Assembly (NCBI GenBank): GCA_963710415.1
Contig: CAVQAH010000009.1
Coordinates: 22,812 to 86,811 of the forward strand
DNA: 64,000 nt
Direction of reading: 5' to 3'
Source: an uncultured Acidobacteriota bacterium
GTDB taxonomy: Bacteria > Acidobacteriota > Vicinamibacteria > Vicinamibacterales > 2-12-FULL-66-21
The stretch's first letter is position 1, and every line of letters starts with the position of its first letter. The position numbers were made by a program, and so were the translations under genes. The notes beneath the pieces were generated by a model. It searched no databases. It saw only the letters and a list, made by a program, of their open reading frames with translations, and was not told the origin of the DNA. Shown in pieces: positions 31,252-41,134 of this stretch.

Positions 31252-32163
31252 ATGCGCATCTTCCTGACCGGCGGGACTGGGTACATCGGCTCGGCTGTCC
31301 TCGATGCGCTCGTGCGCGGCGGCCATGTGGTGGATGCGCTCGTTCGGAATCGTGAGAAGGCGGCGGAAGTGCAGGCGCGTGGGGCGCAGCCGATTCTTGG
31401 AAATCTCACGCAGCCGGCAAGCTATGCCGAAGCGGCGGCCGGCGCCGACGGTTTCGTGCACGCGGCGTTTGACTACGCGGGTGGCGCCGCCGAAGTCGAC
31501 GCGATCGTCCTCGACACGCTCCTCGGGTTGCCGGAGAAGGCGAAGCGTTTCTTCATCTACACGTCTGGCGTTTGGGTACTGGGTGGATCCACCACGCCCA
31601 TGGATGAAACGGTGCCGCTCAATCCGACGGAGCACGTGGCATGGCGCCCGGCACACGAGCGGCGCGTCCTCGATGCCTCCGCGAGCGGTCTGCGAACGGC
31701 CGTCATCCGCCCCGGCATCGTTTATGGTGGCTCGCGTGGGATCGTCGGCGATCTATTCAAGGATGCCGCCAACGGTCTGGTTCGCGTGATAGGGAGCGGC
31801 GATAACCACTGGCCGCTCGTGTACGACCGCGATCTCGGGGATCTCTACCTGCGCATCGTGAATCAGCCCGACGCATCGGGATTGTTCCACGCCAACGACG
31901 AGCGGGATGAACAGGTCAACGACCTGGTGACGGCGATTTCCGGCCACGCCGCCATTCGTCCCTCGGTCCGCCGTGTCCCGATCGAGGAGGCGCGGAAGAA
32001 GATGGGCACTTACGCCGACGCGCTGGCCCTCGACCAGATCGTCCGCAGCCCTCGCGCACGCGCGATCGGCTGGAACCCGGCGCTGCACTCGGTCTCCGGC
32101 AATGCCGCGCGGCTGTTCGAGGAATGGCGCCGCGGCCGTGAAGCCCTGAAGCCCGCTATTTGA
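31252..32163 (+). CDS. NAD-dependent epimerase/dehydratase family protein (atypical SDR)
   Basis: MRIFLTGGTGYIG, FIYTSGVWV and IRPGIVYG. Confidence 0.92.
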   Translation: MRIFLTGGTGYIGSAVLDALVRGGHVVDALVRNREKAAEVQARGAQPILGNLTQPASYAEAAAGADGFVHAAFDYAGGAAEVDAIVLDTLLGLPEKAKRFFIYTSGVWVLGGSTTPMDETVPLNPTEHVAWRPAHERRVLDASASGLRTAVIRPGIVYGGSRGIVGDLFKDAANGLVRVIGSGDNHWPLVYDRDLGDLYLRIVNQPDASGLFHANDERDEQVNDLVTAISGHAAIRPSVRRVPIEEARKKMGTYADALALDQIVRSPRARAIGWNPALHSVSGNAARLFEEWRRGREALKPAI

Positions 32164-32801
32164 GCGAAATCCCGCCGCTGATCACCATCAGCGTCATCGA
32201 CGGGTAGGCCGGACGTCCCACCGTCGCCGCCTGGGCGCTGACCGCGTAGAACCGCAGGTCCAGGCGACACCGCCAGATGTTCCTTGGCGAACCAGCGCGC
32301 CCCGCCTCCGTAGTTGAAGACCCGCGGCCGCGAGTCGCTGTCGGCGACGGGCGACGCCTCCAGCTCGGTCCGAAAGCCGGCCCACCCGATTCCCCCGGTC
32401 AGATAGCTCCAGCCCTGACGCTTGCCGAAGTTCAGCGAGACCTGCGGTGACACGGTCGAAAACCGTGTATTGACCGTCGGACCTTCGGCGCCGCCTTCCG
32501 TTTCCGGCTCGAGCGTGTTGCTGCCGCGGCTGATCAGAATCTCGCCGCCGATGCCGAGCGTGATCAGACGCCCCATCCTGACCGGATACCAGTGCGCGCC
32601 GCCGGCGATGCCCAGGCCCTGCGAGGGGAGATTGGTCGAGGCGACGCCGAGCGCCGTCGCCACGCCGGTGTCCTCCTTGAAGCGTGGCATCACCACGCGC
32701 ACATCCGCGGCGAACGGGCCAATCGGTTCCGCCGTCTGCGCAAAGGTGTCGATGGGGATCAACAGTGCGGTGATTATCAGCAGCAACGCTCGTGTGGTCA
32801 T
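32156..32801 (-). CDS. Secreted hypothetical protein, probable small outer-membrane beta-barrel (frameshift near 32265)
   Basis: Signal peptide; alternating strands SPQVSLNFG, SYLTGGIG, NYGGGARWF; continues LDLRFY...ISGGISLK* in another frame. Confidence 0.7.
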
Positions 32802-32819
32802 CCGGAAGTCGTGTCCTCT

Positions 32820-32867
32820 CTTCGCTTGCCCGCCGTAGCGCCTTCTGATTGACGCGCGAAGGCGGGT
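32820..32867. repeat. REP-like palindromic element
   Basis: cttcgc...cccgcc...cgcctt...gcgaaggcggg with internal complementarity, located between co-directional genes. Confidence 0.35.
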
Positions 32868-34240
32868 CAGCGGCCGGTCTGACGGCCGGCGATGATCTCG
32901 CGCGCAGCGGCAATCCCTTCCTCGAGCGTCGTGACACGTCCATCGAGCTGACGCTCGTAGATCTCCTTGAGCATCGCGCCCATGCCCGGTCCCGGCGCCA
33001 CGCCCAGCGGCAGCAGGTCGCGGCCGTGGACGATTGGATCCGGCGCCGCATGTTGCACGCCGAGGGCGCGTGCGCGATCGAGAAACCAGTGTATCCCCGA
33101 ACAATCGAAGTGGCCGGTTCTGCCGAGACAATCGGAGAGCGCGACCCGCGCGAGCAGCTCGAGGTTCACCTTCTGCGCGAGCCTCCTGAACGCACCATCA
33201 CCGACCGGGCTCTTCGACTTGAAGAACGCGTTGGGCGCAAGGTGATTGGCGACGATGCCCACGACCTGCTGCCGCACGTCGAAGCCGGCGATCGTCTGAA
33301 CGTTCAGCCGATCGAGGAGCGCGAGCGTCGGCGCCACGCCCGCCTGTTCGTGCTCGAGCGATCGGATCCGCCCGTCGATGACGGCCGTTGTCGCCGGCTT
33401 GCCAAGGTCATGACAGACGGCGCCAAGCATGACGGTCACCTGTTCGGGCTTGTCGAGGTCGTCGATGCGGGTTCGTGCCTGATCGATCACCATGAGCGTG
33501 TGCACCCACACATCACCCTCGGGGTGCCAGTCGGGCTCTTGTGGGCAACCGACGAGCGGTTCGAGCTCCGGAAGCGTGCGCTGGATGACTCCGAGATCGA
33601 GAGCAAGGGTGAAGCCCTCTGACGGGCGTGGGGCCAGCAGCAGGAGCTTCTCGACTTCACCCCAGATTCGTTCGGCCGGCAGATCGTCGAGCGGAATCCT
33701 GCGCGCAAGCGCCTTGGTTCCCTCGTCCATCGTGAGGCCGAAACGCGCCGCGAACTGTACGCCGCGGAGCACTCGCAGGCTGTCGTCGCCAAACGTTCTC
33801 GCGTCCACATGCCGCAGCGTGCGGCGTTCGAGCAGATCGAGCCGTCCCTCGAACGGGTCGAGGTATTCGTTGGTCAGCGGGTCGAAGGCGATCGCGTTGA
33901 CCGTGAAGTCGCGCCGCCGCGCGGCCTCCTCGACCGGCATGAACGGATCGCCGGTGATTTCGAACCCGCGATGTCCCGATCCGATCTTGGAGTCGCGCCG
34001 GGGGATCGCGACGTCGATGCCCGCGACCTTGTACACCTTGAAGCTCTCGCCGACGGCATTGACATCGCCAAACCGCTCGAGCGTCTCCCGCAGCTCCCCT
34101 GGCGGAAGGCCAAACACCTCGAGATCGATGTCCTTGGAGGCGATTCCCAGCAGCCGGTCACGGACCCATCCGCCGACGAGCAAGGCTCGCCCGCCGCGCT
34201 CGCGCACGGCTTGTGCTATCTGGCTGGCGATCTCAATCAG
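32867..34240 (-). CDS. cca: CCA tRNA nucleotidyltransferase with HD domain; exact start uncertain
   Basis: LVGGWVRD, DID, RRDFTVNA, DDSLRVLR, HPEGDVWVHT and HDLGK; the reading frame is open to about 34240. Confidence 0.9.
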   Translation of the reverse strand: MIEIASQIAQAVRERGGRALLVGGWVRDRLLGIASKDIDLEVFGLPPGELRETLERFGDVNAVGESFKVYKVAGIDVAIPRRDSKIGSGHRGFEITGDPFMPVEEAARRRDFTVNAIAFDPLTNEYLDPFEGRLDLLERRTLRHVDARTFGDDSLRVLRGVQFAARFGLTMDEGTKALARRIPLDDLPAERIWGEVEKLLLLAPRPSEGFTLALDLGVIQRTLPELEPLVGCPQEPDWHPEGDVWVHTLMVIDQARTRIDDLDKPEQVTVMLGAVCHDLGKPATTAVIDGRIRSLEHEQAGVAPTLALLDRLNVQTIAGFDVRQQVVGIVANHLAPNAFFKSKSPVGDGAFRRLAQKVNLELLARVALSDCLGRTGHFDCSGIHWFLDRARALGVQHAAPDPIVHGRDLLPLGVAPGPGMGAMLKEIYERQLDGRVTTLEEGIAAAREIIAGRQTGR

Positions 34241-34289
34241 TCGCTATGACGCTCATCGCTCTCGCTCTTCGCTACGACGCTCATCGCTC
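34241..34289. repeat. 21-nt direct repeat pair (TCGCTAYGACGCTCATCGCTC)
   Basis: Copies at 34241-34261 and 34269-34289 with one mismatch; they fill the SDR-cca spacer. Confidence 0.7.
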
Positions 34290-35112
34290 AGCGTTCAGGA
34301 GTCTCACGCGGCGGCAGACGCTCGACGTCGCGCCGGCGGCCGTATCTGCGAACGAGCTTGTCGGCGAGGCCCGGCGCGAGCGCGCTCAGGATCGGCAGCG
34401 CCCGGGCCTTGGCCAGCGGAAACACTTCCGGCCGCGGCCGGCGCAGGCAATCGACGATGGCGCCGGCGACCTGCGCGGCCGATTGCTTTGGTCCGAGGCC
34501 CGACACGCTGTGTCCGTAGTCGCGCGCCATGGCGTCACGAAACTCCGTTTCCGTGGAGATCGGGAACACGCAGCTGACATGAATGTTGCTACCAGCGAAC
34601 TCGGATCGCAGCGACTCGGCGAAGCCCGCCTGTGCGGCCTTCGTCGCCGTGTAGCCGCTCATCAAGGGAATGCCGCGACGGCCGACGATCGAGGAGACGA
34701 GAATCAGATGTCCGCGCTGCTGTTCCCGGAAGATCGGCATCACCGCACGCGCAGCGAGATACGAACCGGTGAAGTTCACCTCCATCATCCGGCGCATTAC
34801 ATCCGGCGGCGTCTCGTCCAGCGTTCCATAGAAGCCGAAGCCGGCACTACAGATCATGATGTCGACCCCGCCAAAGAGCTCCCGCGCGCGCTTCACGAGC
34901 TCGTTGACCTCGAGCTCGAAGGTCACATCCATAGCCACCCACGCGGCGCGTCCGCCGTTCGCCTGAATGCGGTCCACAGCCGCCTGCAGCCGATCCGCAC
35001 GCCGCGCCCCGAGCATGACCGCGACGCCATCCCCCGCCAGCTGTTCCGCGCAAGCCAGCCCGATACCCGACGACGCGCCAGTGATCACCGCGACGCGACC
35101 AGACAAAGACAT
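34288..35112 (-). CDS. Short-chain dehydrogenase/reductase
   Basis: TGASSGIG, catalytic Ser in VSS and YTATK (YxxxK). Confidence 0.95.
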   Translation of the reverse strand: MSLSGRVAVITGASSGIGLACAEQLAGDGVAVMLGARRADRLQAAVDRIQANGGRAAWVAMDVTFELEVNELVKRARELFGGVDIMICSAGFGFYGTLDETPPDVMRRMMEVNFTGSYLAARAVMPIFREQQRGHLILVSSIVGRRGIPLMSGYTATKAAQAGFAESLRSEFAGSNIHVSCVFPISTETEFRDAMARDYGHSVSGLGPKQSAAQVAGAIVDCLRRPRPEVFPLAKARALPILSALAPGLADKLVRRYGRRRDVERLPPRETPER

Positions 35113-35124
35113 GGGGTGATGATA

Positions 35125-35235
35125 TCGTCAGTCGGAGAGTCGGCAGTCGACAGTCGTCAGTCGTAGTCGGCGACTGGGACTGACGACTCACGACTCTGAC
35201 GACTGTCGACTACCGACTACCGACTAGCGACTGAC
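35125..35235. repeat. Inverted heptamer array (CAGTCGN ... NCGACTG) filling a divergent intergenic region
   Basis: About six agtcg units followed by about eight cgact units, ending at the ATG at 35236. Confidence 0.85.
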
Positions 35236-36367
35236 ATGGATCCCTGTCTCTCTCTCCTTCACCAGCTCGTGTCTATTCCATCCGTCAATCCGACGCTCGT
35301 TCCGAACGCGCCAGGCGAAGGGGCGATCGCCAGAGCCATCGCCGATCACATGCGGCAGATCGGTCTCGACGTGACGATGCAGGAGGCGGCGCCGGGGCGG
35401 CCGAATGTGATCGGCGTGCTGGAGGGAAAAGCGCCAGGCAGATCGCTCATGTACTGCGGCCACATCGACACCGTCGGTGTCGACGGCATGGACGCGCCCT
35501 TCGCGCCGGCGGTGCGCGACGGAAGACTCTACGGTCGCGGATCGCAGGACATGAAGGGTGGCGTCGCGGCCATGATTGATGCGGCGCGTGTCAACGCCGA
35601 GCGCGGTCTCGCGAAAGGGCGTCTGATCATCGCAGCGGTCGTCGACGAGGAGTACGCGAGCCTCGGCGCCGACGCGCTCGTCGCGCAGTGGTCGGCCGAC
35701 GGCGCCGTCGTCACCGAACCAACCGACCTGCAAGTCGGAATCGGCCACAAAGGATTCGCGTGGCTCGAGGTCGAAACGCGCGGGCGCGCCGCACACGGGA
35801 GCCGGCCGAAAGACGGCCGCGATGCCATTCTTCGCATGGGGCGCCTCCTTCACCGTCTCGACACCCTCGATCGAACGCTGCAAGCGCTCCCGCCGCACCC
35901 GGTGATGGGCACCGGCTCGCTGCACGCGTCGATCATCACTGGCGGACGGGAGTTGAGCAGCTATCCCGATCTCTGCCAACTGCAGATGGAGCGGCGAACG
36001 ATCGTCGGCGAGCGGGAGGGACAACCGCTCGAGGAGGTGCGCGCCATACTCGCGAGCTTGCAAGCGGAGGACAACGAGTTCGAGGGGGACGTCAGGCTGA
36101 ACTTCTCACGGCCGCCATACGAAATTGCCGCGGATCATCCGCTCCCAGAGGTTGCTCGCGTCCGTCGCCGGAACGTCGGGCGTGTCCCCCTCGCAAGTGG
36201 GCATGAGTTTCTGGACCGACGCGGCCGTCCTCGCATCGTCGGGTATTCCGTCAGTGTTGTTCGGTCCCGGTGGGGCAGGGCTGCACAGCCGCGTGGAGTA
36301 CGTGAACGTGGCCGATGTGGTGACGTGCCGTGACGTCTTAGCCGCGCTAGCGGCGGCGTGGTGCTAA
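35236..36367 (+). CDS. M20 family ArgE/DapE-like deacylase (frameshift near 36155)
   Basis: GHIDTV, GRGSQDMKGG, DEE, VTEPT, GRAAHG, WTDA and FGPGGAGLH..EYV. Confidence 0.92.
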
Positions 36368-36369
36368 TA

Positions 36370-36427
36370 GTCGGTGCTCGGGTGCTCGAAATCCATCGAG
36401 TCCCGAGCCCGAGCCCCGAGTCCCGAC
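36370..36427. repeat. Inverted CTCGGG/CCCGAG array between convergent genes
   Basis: gtcggtgctcgggtgctcga-aatcca-tcgagtcccgagcccgagccccgagtcccgac. Confidence 0.7.
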
Positions 36428-36432
36428 AATCG

Positions 36433-36732
36433 TCAGGCTGACTTGCGCAGCACGAGGCGCTGACGCGTGATGTGATGACGGCGGGCATCGCCGTCGAAGC
36501 GCTTGCGGGGACCTTTTCCACTCAGCTCCCAGCCTGGTGTGTCGTGCCCGCACGACGTGCACCGCATCATCACGCGCTTGCCCTCGAAGTGCAGGACCGA
36601 ATCGTGGCCGCGAAAGCCACACAGTGTCTGGCCGAGAAGTGCCATGGCGCGTGCAAACACCGTGGCATCGGACGTCGTCGTGCTTGGAAGTTCTGATGTC
36701 GACGCGAGTTGCTGGGGATAGTTGGTAACCAT
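36433..36732 (-). CDS. Small hypothetical protein with putative zinc ribbon (99 aa)
   Basis: GGGAGAG Shine-Dalgarno; CGFRGH...RCTSCG motif. Confidence 0.8.
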   Translation of the reverse strand: MVTNYPQQLASTSELPSTTTSDATVFARAMALLGQTLCGFRGHDSVLHFEGKRVMMRCTSCGHDTPGWELSGKGPRKRFDGDARRHHITRQRLVLRKSA

Positions 36733-36822
36733 TGGGCCCTCTCCCTGATCCTCCGGTTTGCCCTACAGCTAGGACGCCGCGTGCTCTCGTGACGTTCCGC
36801 TCACGCCGGCGGGCTCATGAAT

Positions 36823-36881
36823 ATCAAGAGATGTGCCACGGCTCTGCAAAAAGCCACAAAGCCATTGGAATCAGTTATTTA
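36823..36881 (-). promoter_or_regulatory. Sigma54-like -24/-12 promoter with upstream IHF consensus site
   Basis: Minus strand TGGCAC-atctc-TTGAT at 36838-36823; AATCAG-ttat-TTA at 36869-36881 matches WATCARNNNNTTR. Confidence 0.55.
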
Positions 36882-37008
36882 TGAGGCGCAGGCGCGGAGT
36901 AGTCAGGATGGTAATTGTGTAGCCGTTTGGCTAAGTCGTTGTCCACTTGAGAGGCTTCCGCGGTCGGTGGTGGGTGCCCACGATCAGATTGTGGGGATAG
37001 GAAGAATC

Positions 37009-37945
37009 TTATCCTTCGCGCATCAGACTTTTGATGACAAATCCGATATTTGCGGGCCTTTCTCCGAGCCGGCGCATGAAGTAGGGAAACCATTCGCTGC
37101 CGAAAGGAACGTAGACCCGCATGCCGAAGCCCTGACGGGCCAGCGACATCTGCAGGTCGCGGCGGATTCCAAACAGCATCTGGAACTCGAACCGGCCCAG
37201 ATCGATGTTGCGTGTCGCGGCGAATTCGCGTGTCGCGGCGAGCATCGCCGGATCGTGCGTCGCGATTGCGGGATAGGTACCTTCGCTGAGCAGAACCTTC
37301 ATGATCTCGACGAATGCGTGGTCGACGTCGGCCTTCGTTTGATACGCAACGCCCTTCGGCTCCTGGTAGGCGCCTTTGACGAGCCGCACGCGGGCGCCAA
37401 GCTGGTTCATGCGTTTGGCGTCGGCGGCGCTGCGAGGCAGGTACGACTGCAGCACCACGCCGGCATTCCGGTACCCCTGCTGCCAGATGGTCTCGAAGAT
37501 GTCGAGCGTCACCTGGGTGAACGGCGAGTCCTCCATGTCGATGCGGACGAAGAACTGGTGGGGGGCCGCACCGTCGAGAATCCGCCGCAGGTTGTCGACG
37601 CAGGTCGCGCGATCGATCGTGAGTCCGAGCTGCGTGAGCTTGAGCGAGATGTTGCGGCCGATGCCGTCGGCGGCGATGCGCTGAATGATCGGTCAGGTAG
37701 GCGCGTGTCGCCTGATCCGCCTCGTTGATGCTGGCAACGCTTTCGCCCAGATAGTCGAGGGTCTGTGTCAGGCCGGTGGACTCGATGGCTCTGGCGGCGG
37801 CGACCGCTTCGTCGATGCTCTCGCCGGCAATGAACCGGCGGGCAAAGCTGTCTGGGCTGCGCATGCCGTACCGGGACGCCATGCGTTTGAGAGTGGAACT
37901 GCGCGCGAAAGTGTGAAAAGCAGCCTTGGAGGCGCGCTCGATCAT
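37009..37945 (-). CDS. Monofunctional proline dehydrogenase (frameshift near 37690)
   Basis: RRFIAGE, LDYLGE, RIDMED, VRLVKGAY, IATHD, EFQMLFG and YVPFG..W.PYFMRRL.ERPAN. Confidence 0.93.
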
Positions 37946-39078
37946 CAGTGGGTTCGTGGCACCCGCCGGGGACCCGCGAGCAGATGTTCGATCGTGCGCG
38001 CGTAATAGCGCAGCACGGTCCGCTCGCGTACCCGGAATCGTCCGCCGCGTTCGACGTAGATGATGTTCCGCGCGACGAGCCCGTCGGCGGCTTCGTCCAC
38101 CGCCTGCGCTCCGGAGAACACCGCGAGGTTGGCGTGGACGTTCGCGAGCGACTCGAGGAGCGCGTCGATCCGCCCTTCGAGATCGCGCCGTGTGATCGAC
38201 GGCCGCATCGCGGCCGCCACGACGGCTGTCGGCAGCACCTTGTACATCCGCCCGATCGTGTCGCGGATGTGATGCGCCAACCCCATGACGTCCCGGCGGG
38301 ACTCGGCGTCGTACTCGCGCAGCGCGATTGGCTGCCCGAAGGTGACGAACGCGCGGGACTGGTACCCCACCGCGTAGCGCACCATCTCCGCCACCTCGCG
38401 CGCGAAAGGCCGCTGACGGCGCTTCGAGCCCTGGTGCGCGAGAATGTGGTCCTCGAGCACGAAGTCGTAGGCCACGGCGAGCGGGACGACGTGCAGTTCC
38501 TGGGTGTTGGCCTGCATCGCGGCGTGCAACAACCCTGTTTTCGGCGCTTTCAGCTCTCCAGAGTAGCTCCGCCCGCCCTCGATGTAGAAGAGCAGGTCGT
38601 GACGTTGCAGCAGCTCCGCAACGTAAGCTTTTAGTGTGACAAGGTAGGCAGGGTCTTTGGTGTTGCGCCGGATCGGGATCGCACCCGTGACGTGCCGGTG
38701 AATCAGGCCCAGCGGACCACCGAAGAGATTGATCCCGGCGGCGATGATTGGCGGCCTGACGCCATTGTCGTCGAGCACCAGCGGTTCGACGAGATAGTCC
38801 AGGTGGCTCTTGTGATTCGAGATATATATCGTCCGCCCCTGCAGCGTGGCGGCCCGCGCGATCTCGACGCCTTCCTCGCGACGCTCGATTTTCCGCAGGA
38901 TTGGATAGAGCGGATGCTTGAGCGCGCGATAGATTGGATAACGCTGCGTGGTGCGCAGCTCGTCCAGGTATGCGTGAATGCGCTCACGGGCTTGCAGTTC
39001 GGACTGGCCATGCCCGGCCCGGAGATACTTCGCAACGTCTTCACGCGCGAGCACTGCCTGGGTGATCTCATCGAGCAT
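37945..39078 (-). CDS. Glycerol-3-phosphate acyltransferase-like protein (PlsB/PlsC superfamily)
   Basis: NHKSHLD, AAGINL, GAIPIRR and YIEGGRSYSG; its stop overlaps the PRODH start. Confidence 0.88.
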   Translation of the reverse strand: MLDEITQAVLAREDVAKYLRAGHGQSELQARERIHAYLDELRTTQRYPIYRALKHPLYPILRKIERREEGVEIARAATLQGRTIYISNHKSHLDYLVEPLVLDDNGVRPPIIAAGINLFGGPLGLIHRHVTGAIPIRRNTKDPAYLVTLKAYVAELLQRHDLLFYIEGGRSYSGELKAPKTGLLHAAMQANTQELHVVPLAVAYDFVLEDHILAHQGSKRRQRPFAREVAEMVRYAVGYQSRAFVTFGQPIALREYDAESRRDVMGLAHHIRDTIGRMYKVLPTAVVAAAMRPSITRRDLEGRIDALLESLANVHANLAVFSGAQAVDEAADGLVARNIIYVERGGRFRVRERTVLRYYARTIEHLLAGPRRVPRTH

Positions 39079-39106
39079 GACGGGGCGACTATAACACGGT
39101 CACGGA

Positions 39107-40112
39107 TCAGGCCTCTATCGCCCGGCACACTGCTTCGGTGAACTCTGTCGTGCTCGCGTCTCCACCCATGTCCCGCGTCCGCACACGGCTTTCCGTCAGT
39201 ACGCGCGTCAGCGCGTGACGAATCCGCTCACTCTTCTCACGCTCGCCCATGTGATCGAGCATCATCAGCGCGGACATGAGCAGAGCGGTGGGGTTGGCGA
39301 GGTTCTTGTCGGCGATGTCGGGTGCACTTCCGTGCACCGCTTCGAACACCGCACACTCCAGCCCGAGGTTCGCCCCTGGCACCACACCCAATCCGCCCAC
39401 GAGACCGGCACAGAGATCCGACACGATGTCCCCGTACAGATTGGGCAGCAGCAGGACGTCCATCTTTTCCGGGTGCATCACCAGATGCATGCACGCGGCA
39501 TCGACGATGCGCTCGTCGTACTGGATGTCGGAATAGTCGCGCGCGACGGCGCGGCAGCTCTCGAGGAACAAGCCGTCGCCGAGCTTCATGATGTTGGCTT
39601 TGTGGATCGCCGTCACTTGCCGTCGTTTATTCGTCCGCGCGTGCTCGAACGCGAACCGTGCGATGCGTGTCGACGCCTTCTCGGTGATGATCTTGAGGCT
39701 TTCGACGACGCCCGGAACGACCTCGTGCTCGAGGCCCGAATAGAGATCTTCGGTGTTCTCCCGGACGATGATCAGGTCCACGCCGGAGAAGCGGCTGTTG
39801 ACGCCTGGGAGGTTCTTGACCGGCCGCAGGTTGGCAAACAGGTTGAGCGCCTTGCGCAGCCCCACGTTGACGCTCGTGAAGCCCTCGGCGATCGGTGTCG
39901 TGACCGGTCCCTTCAAGCGCGATCTTGTTGCGCGTGATCGATTCGAGCAGCTCCGCCGGCAGCGACTTGTTGAATCGCTTGAACGCCGTCACGCCAGCGT
40001 CGTGACGTTCCCACTCGATGTCGACCGCCGCCACCTTCAGGATGCGAACGACCGCCGCCGTCACCTCCGGTCCGATCCCGTCGCCCGGGATCAATGTGAC
40101 TACGCGGGCCAT
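39107..40112 (-). CDS. Isocitrate/isopropylmalate dehydrogenase family protein, NAD-IDH-like (frameshift near 39915)
   Basis: LIPGDGIGPEV, KGPVTTP...SVNVGLRK, RENTEDLY, HKANIMK, NLYGDIVSD and EAVHGSAPDI. Confidence 0.92.
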
Positions 40113-40571
40113 GACGACTCCCGGAGCCTGGTCGCGAGCCGGGCAGCCACCTGTTCGAGCAGGCCGCGATCGTCGCTCGCCGAACGCGGCCGGCCGATCG
40201 CTGTCGATGTCAATTTCTCCGAGCACGTCGCCGTCGTGCATGATGGGCACGACGATCTCGGATTGCGTCTCCAGGCTGCAGGCCAGGTATCGCGGATCCT
40301 TGTTCACGTCGTCCACGATGATCGTGGCCTTTTCCGCCGCCGCCGCGCCGCAAATGCCCCGGCCAAGAGGAATGCGCGTATGCGGTGATGGCTTGCCTTC
40401 GAACGGTCCGAGCACCAGCTCGTTGCCATAGAGCAGGTAGATACCCACCCAGTTGTAATGCGGCACGTCCGCTTTGAGCTGGTGCACCACGGCCTCCATC
40501 GCCCGTGTCGCATCCGGCTCTCGGTCGATCGCCGCCTCAATCTTCTTCAACGTCGTCCCGTACTGCTGCAA
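40100..40571 (-). CDS. msrC: GAF-domain free methionine-(R)-sulfoxide reductase-like protein (frameshift near 40180)
   Basis: WVGIY...LVLGPFEG...IPLGRGICG...YLACS...SEIVVP...GEIDIDS. Confidence 0.75.
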
Positions 40572-40582
40572 CGGTCTTCTCC

Positions 40583-41071
40583 TTAGTCTCGTGCTTCGAA
40601 CAAGAACAGAATCAGGCCACCCATCAGCGGCACGAACTGCAGTGCCGTCGACTGTGCGTGGAGCTGGCCGAACGCGATGCGCCGCGGATCGCTTGCGTCA
40701 AGGTTCGACGGCGCGCCGCCGATGTCCGCGCGCAACTGCTCGATCCGTGGAGACACCATCAGCCCGGAGTACAACGTGGCTGCGAGCATGGCGGCAGCGA
40801 TCGCGAGGCGCACGGCGAACCGTCGCGGACGCGGGCCGAGCACCGCGCGGGCGAGGAGACCCGCGATCACGACGGCGGCACACCCGTACGCAACCAGGTG
40901 AAAACGTCGCAGGATCTCACCAAAGATGGCGCCAGACAGCACGCGGCCGTCGGCCACCTGTCGAAGGCTGACGACGTCGAAGATCGCCGGTGCCGCGATC
41001 GCGCCAAGGGCCACCAGCCCGCCGACCCAGACTGCCAGCCCCAGCAGACCGGCGAACCGGAGCGCAAGCAT
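40583..41071 (-). CDS. DUF4149/TMEM205-like four-TM membrane protein
   Basis: WVGG...AAPAIF...GAIFG and FGQLHAQS motifs; TATAAT lies 6 nt before the ATG. Confidence 0.85.
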   Translation of the reverse strand: MLALRFAGLLGLAVWVGGLVALGAIAAPAIFDVVSLRQVADGRVLSGAIFGEILRRFHLVAYGCAAVVIAGLLARAVLGPRPRRFAVRLAIAAAMLAATLYSGLMVSPRIEQLRADIGGAPSNLDASDPRRIAFGQLHAQSTALQFVPLMGGLILFLFEARD

Positions 41072-41134
41072 CCAATTATTATAGTTGACGGATCTTGCGG
41101 CGGCGCTCGCCGGGCCCCGCTCGAGTCATCTCAG

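Noticed and set aside
39627-40571. Apparent GAF-IDH fusion ORF
   Set aside because: It arises from an indel near 40180. The GAF protein's natural C-terminus (DDRGLLEQVAARL) is in another frame, and IDH has its own ATG at 40112.
40505-41134. N-terminal extension of the DUF255 ORF
   Set aside because: It overlaps the DUF4149 gene on the opposite strand; homology starts at MSTIEW (41135).
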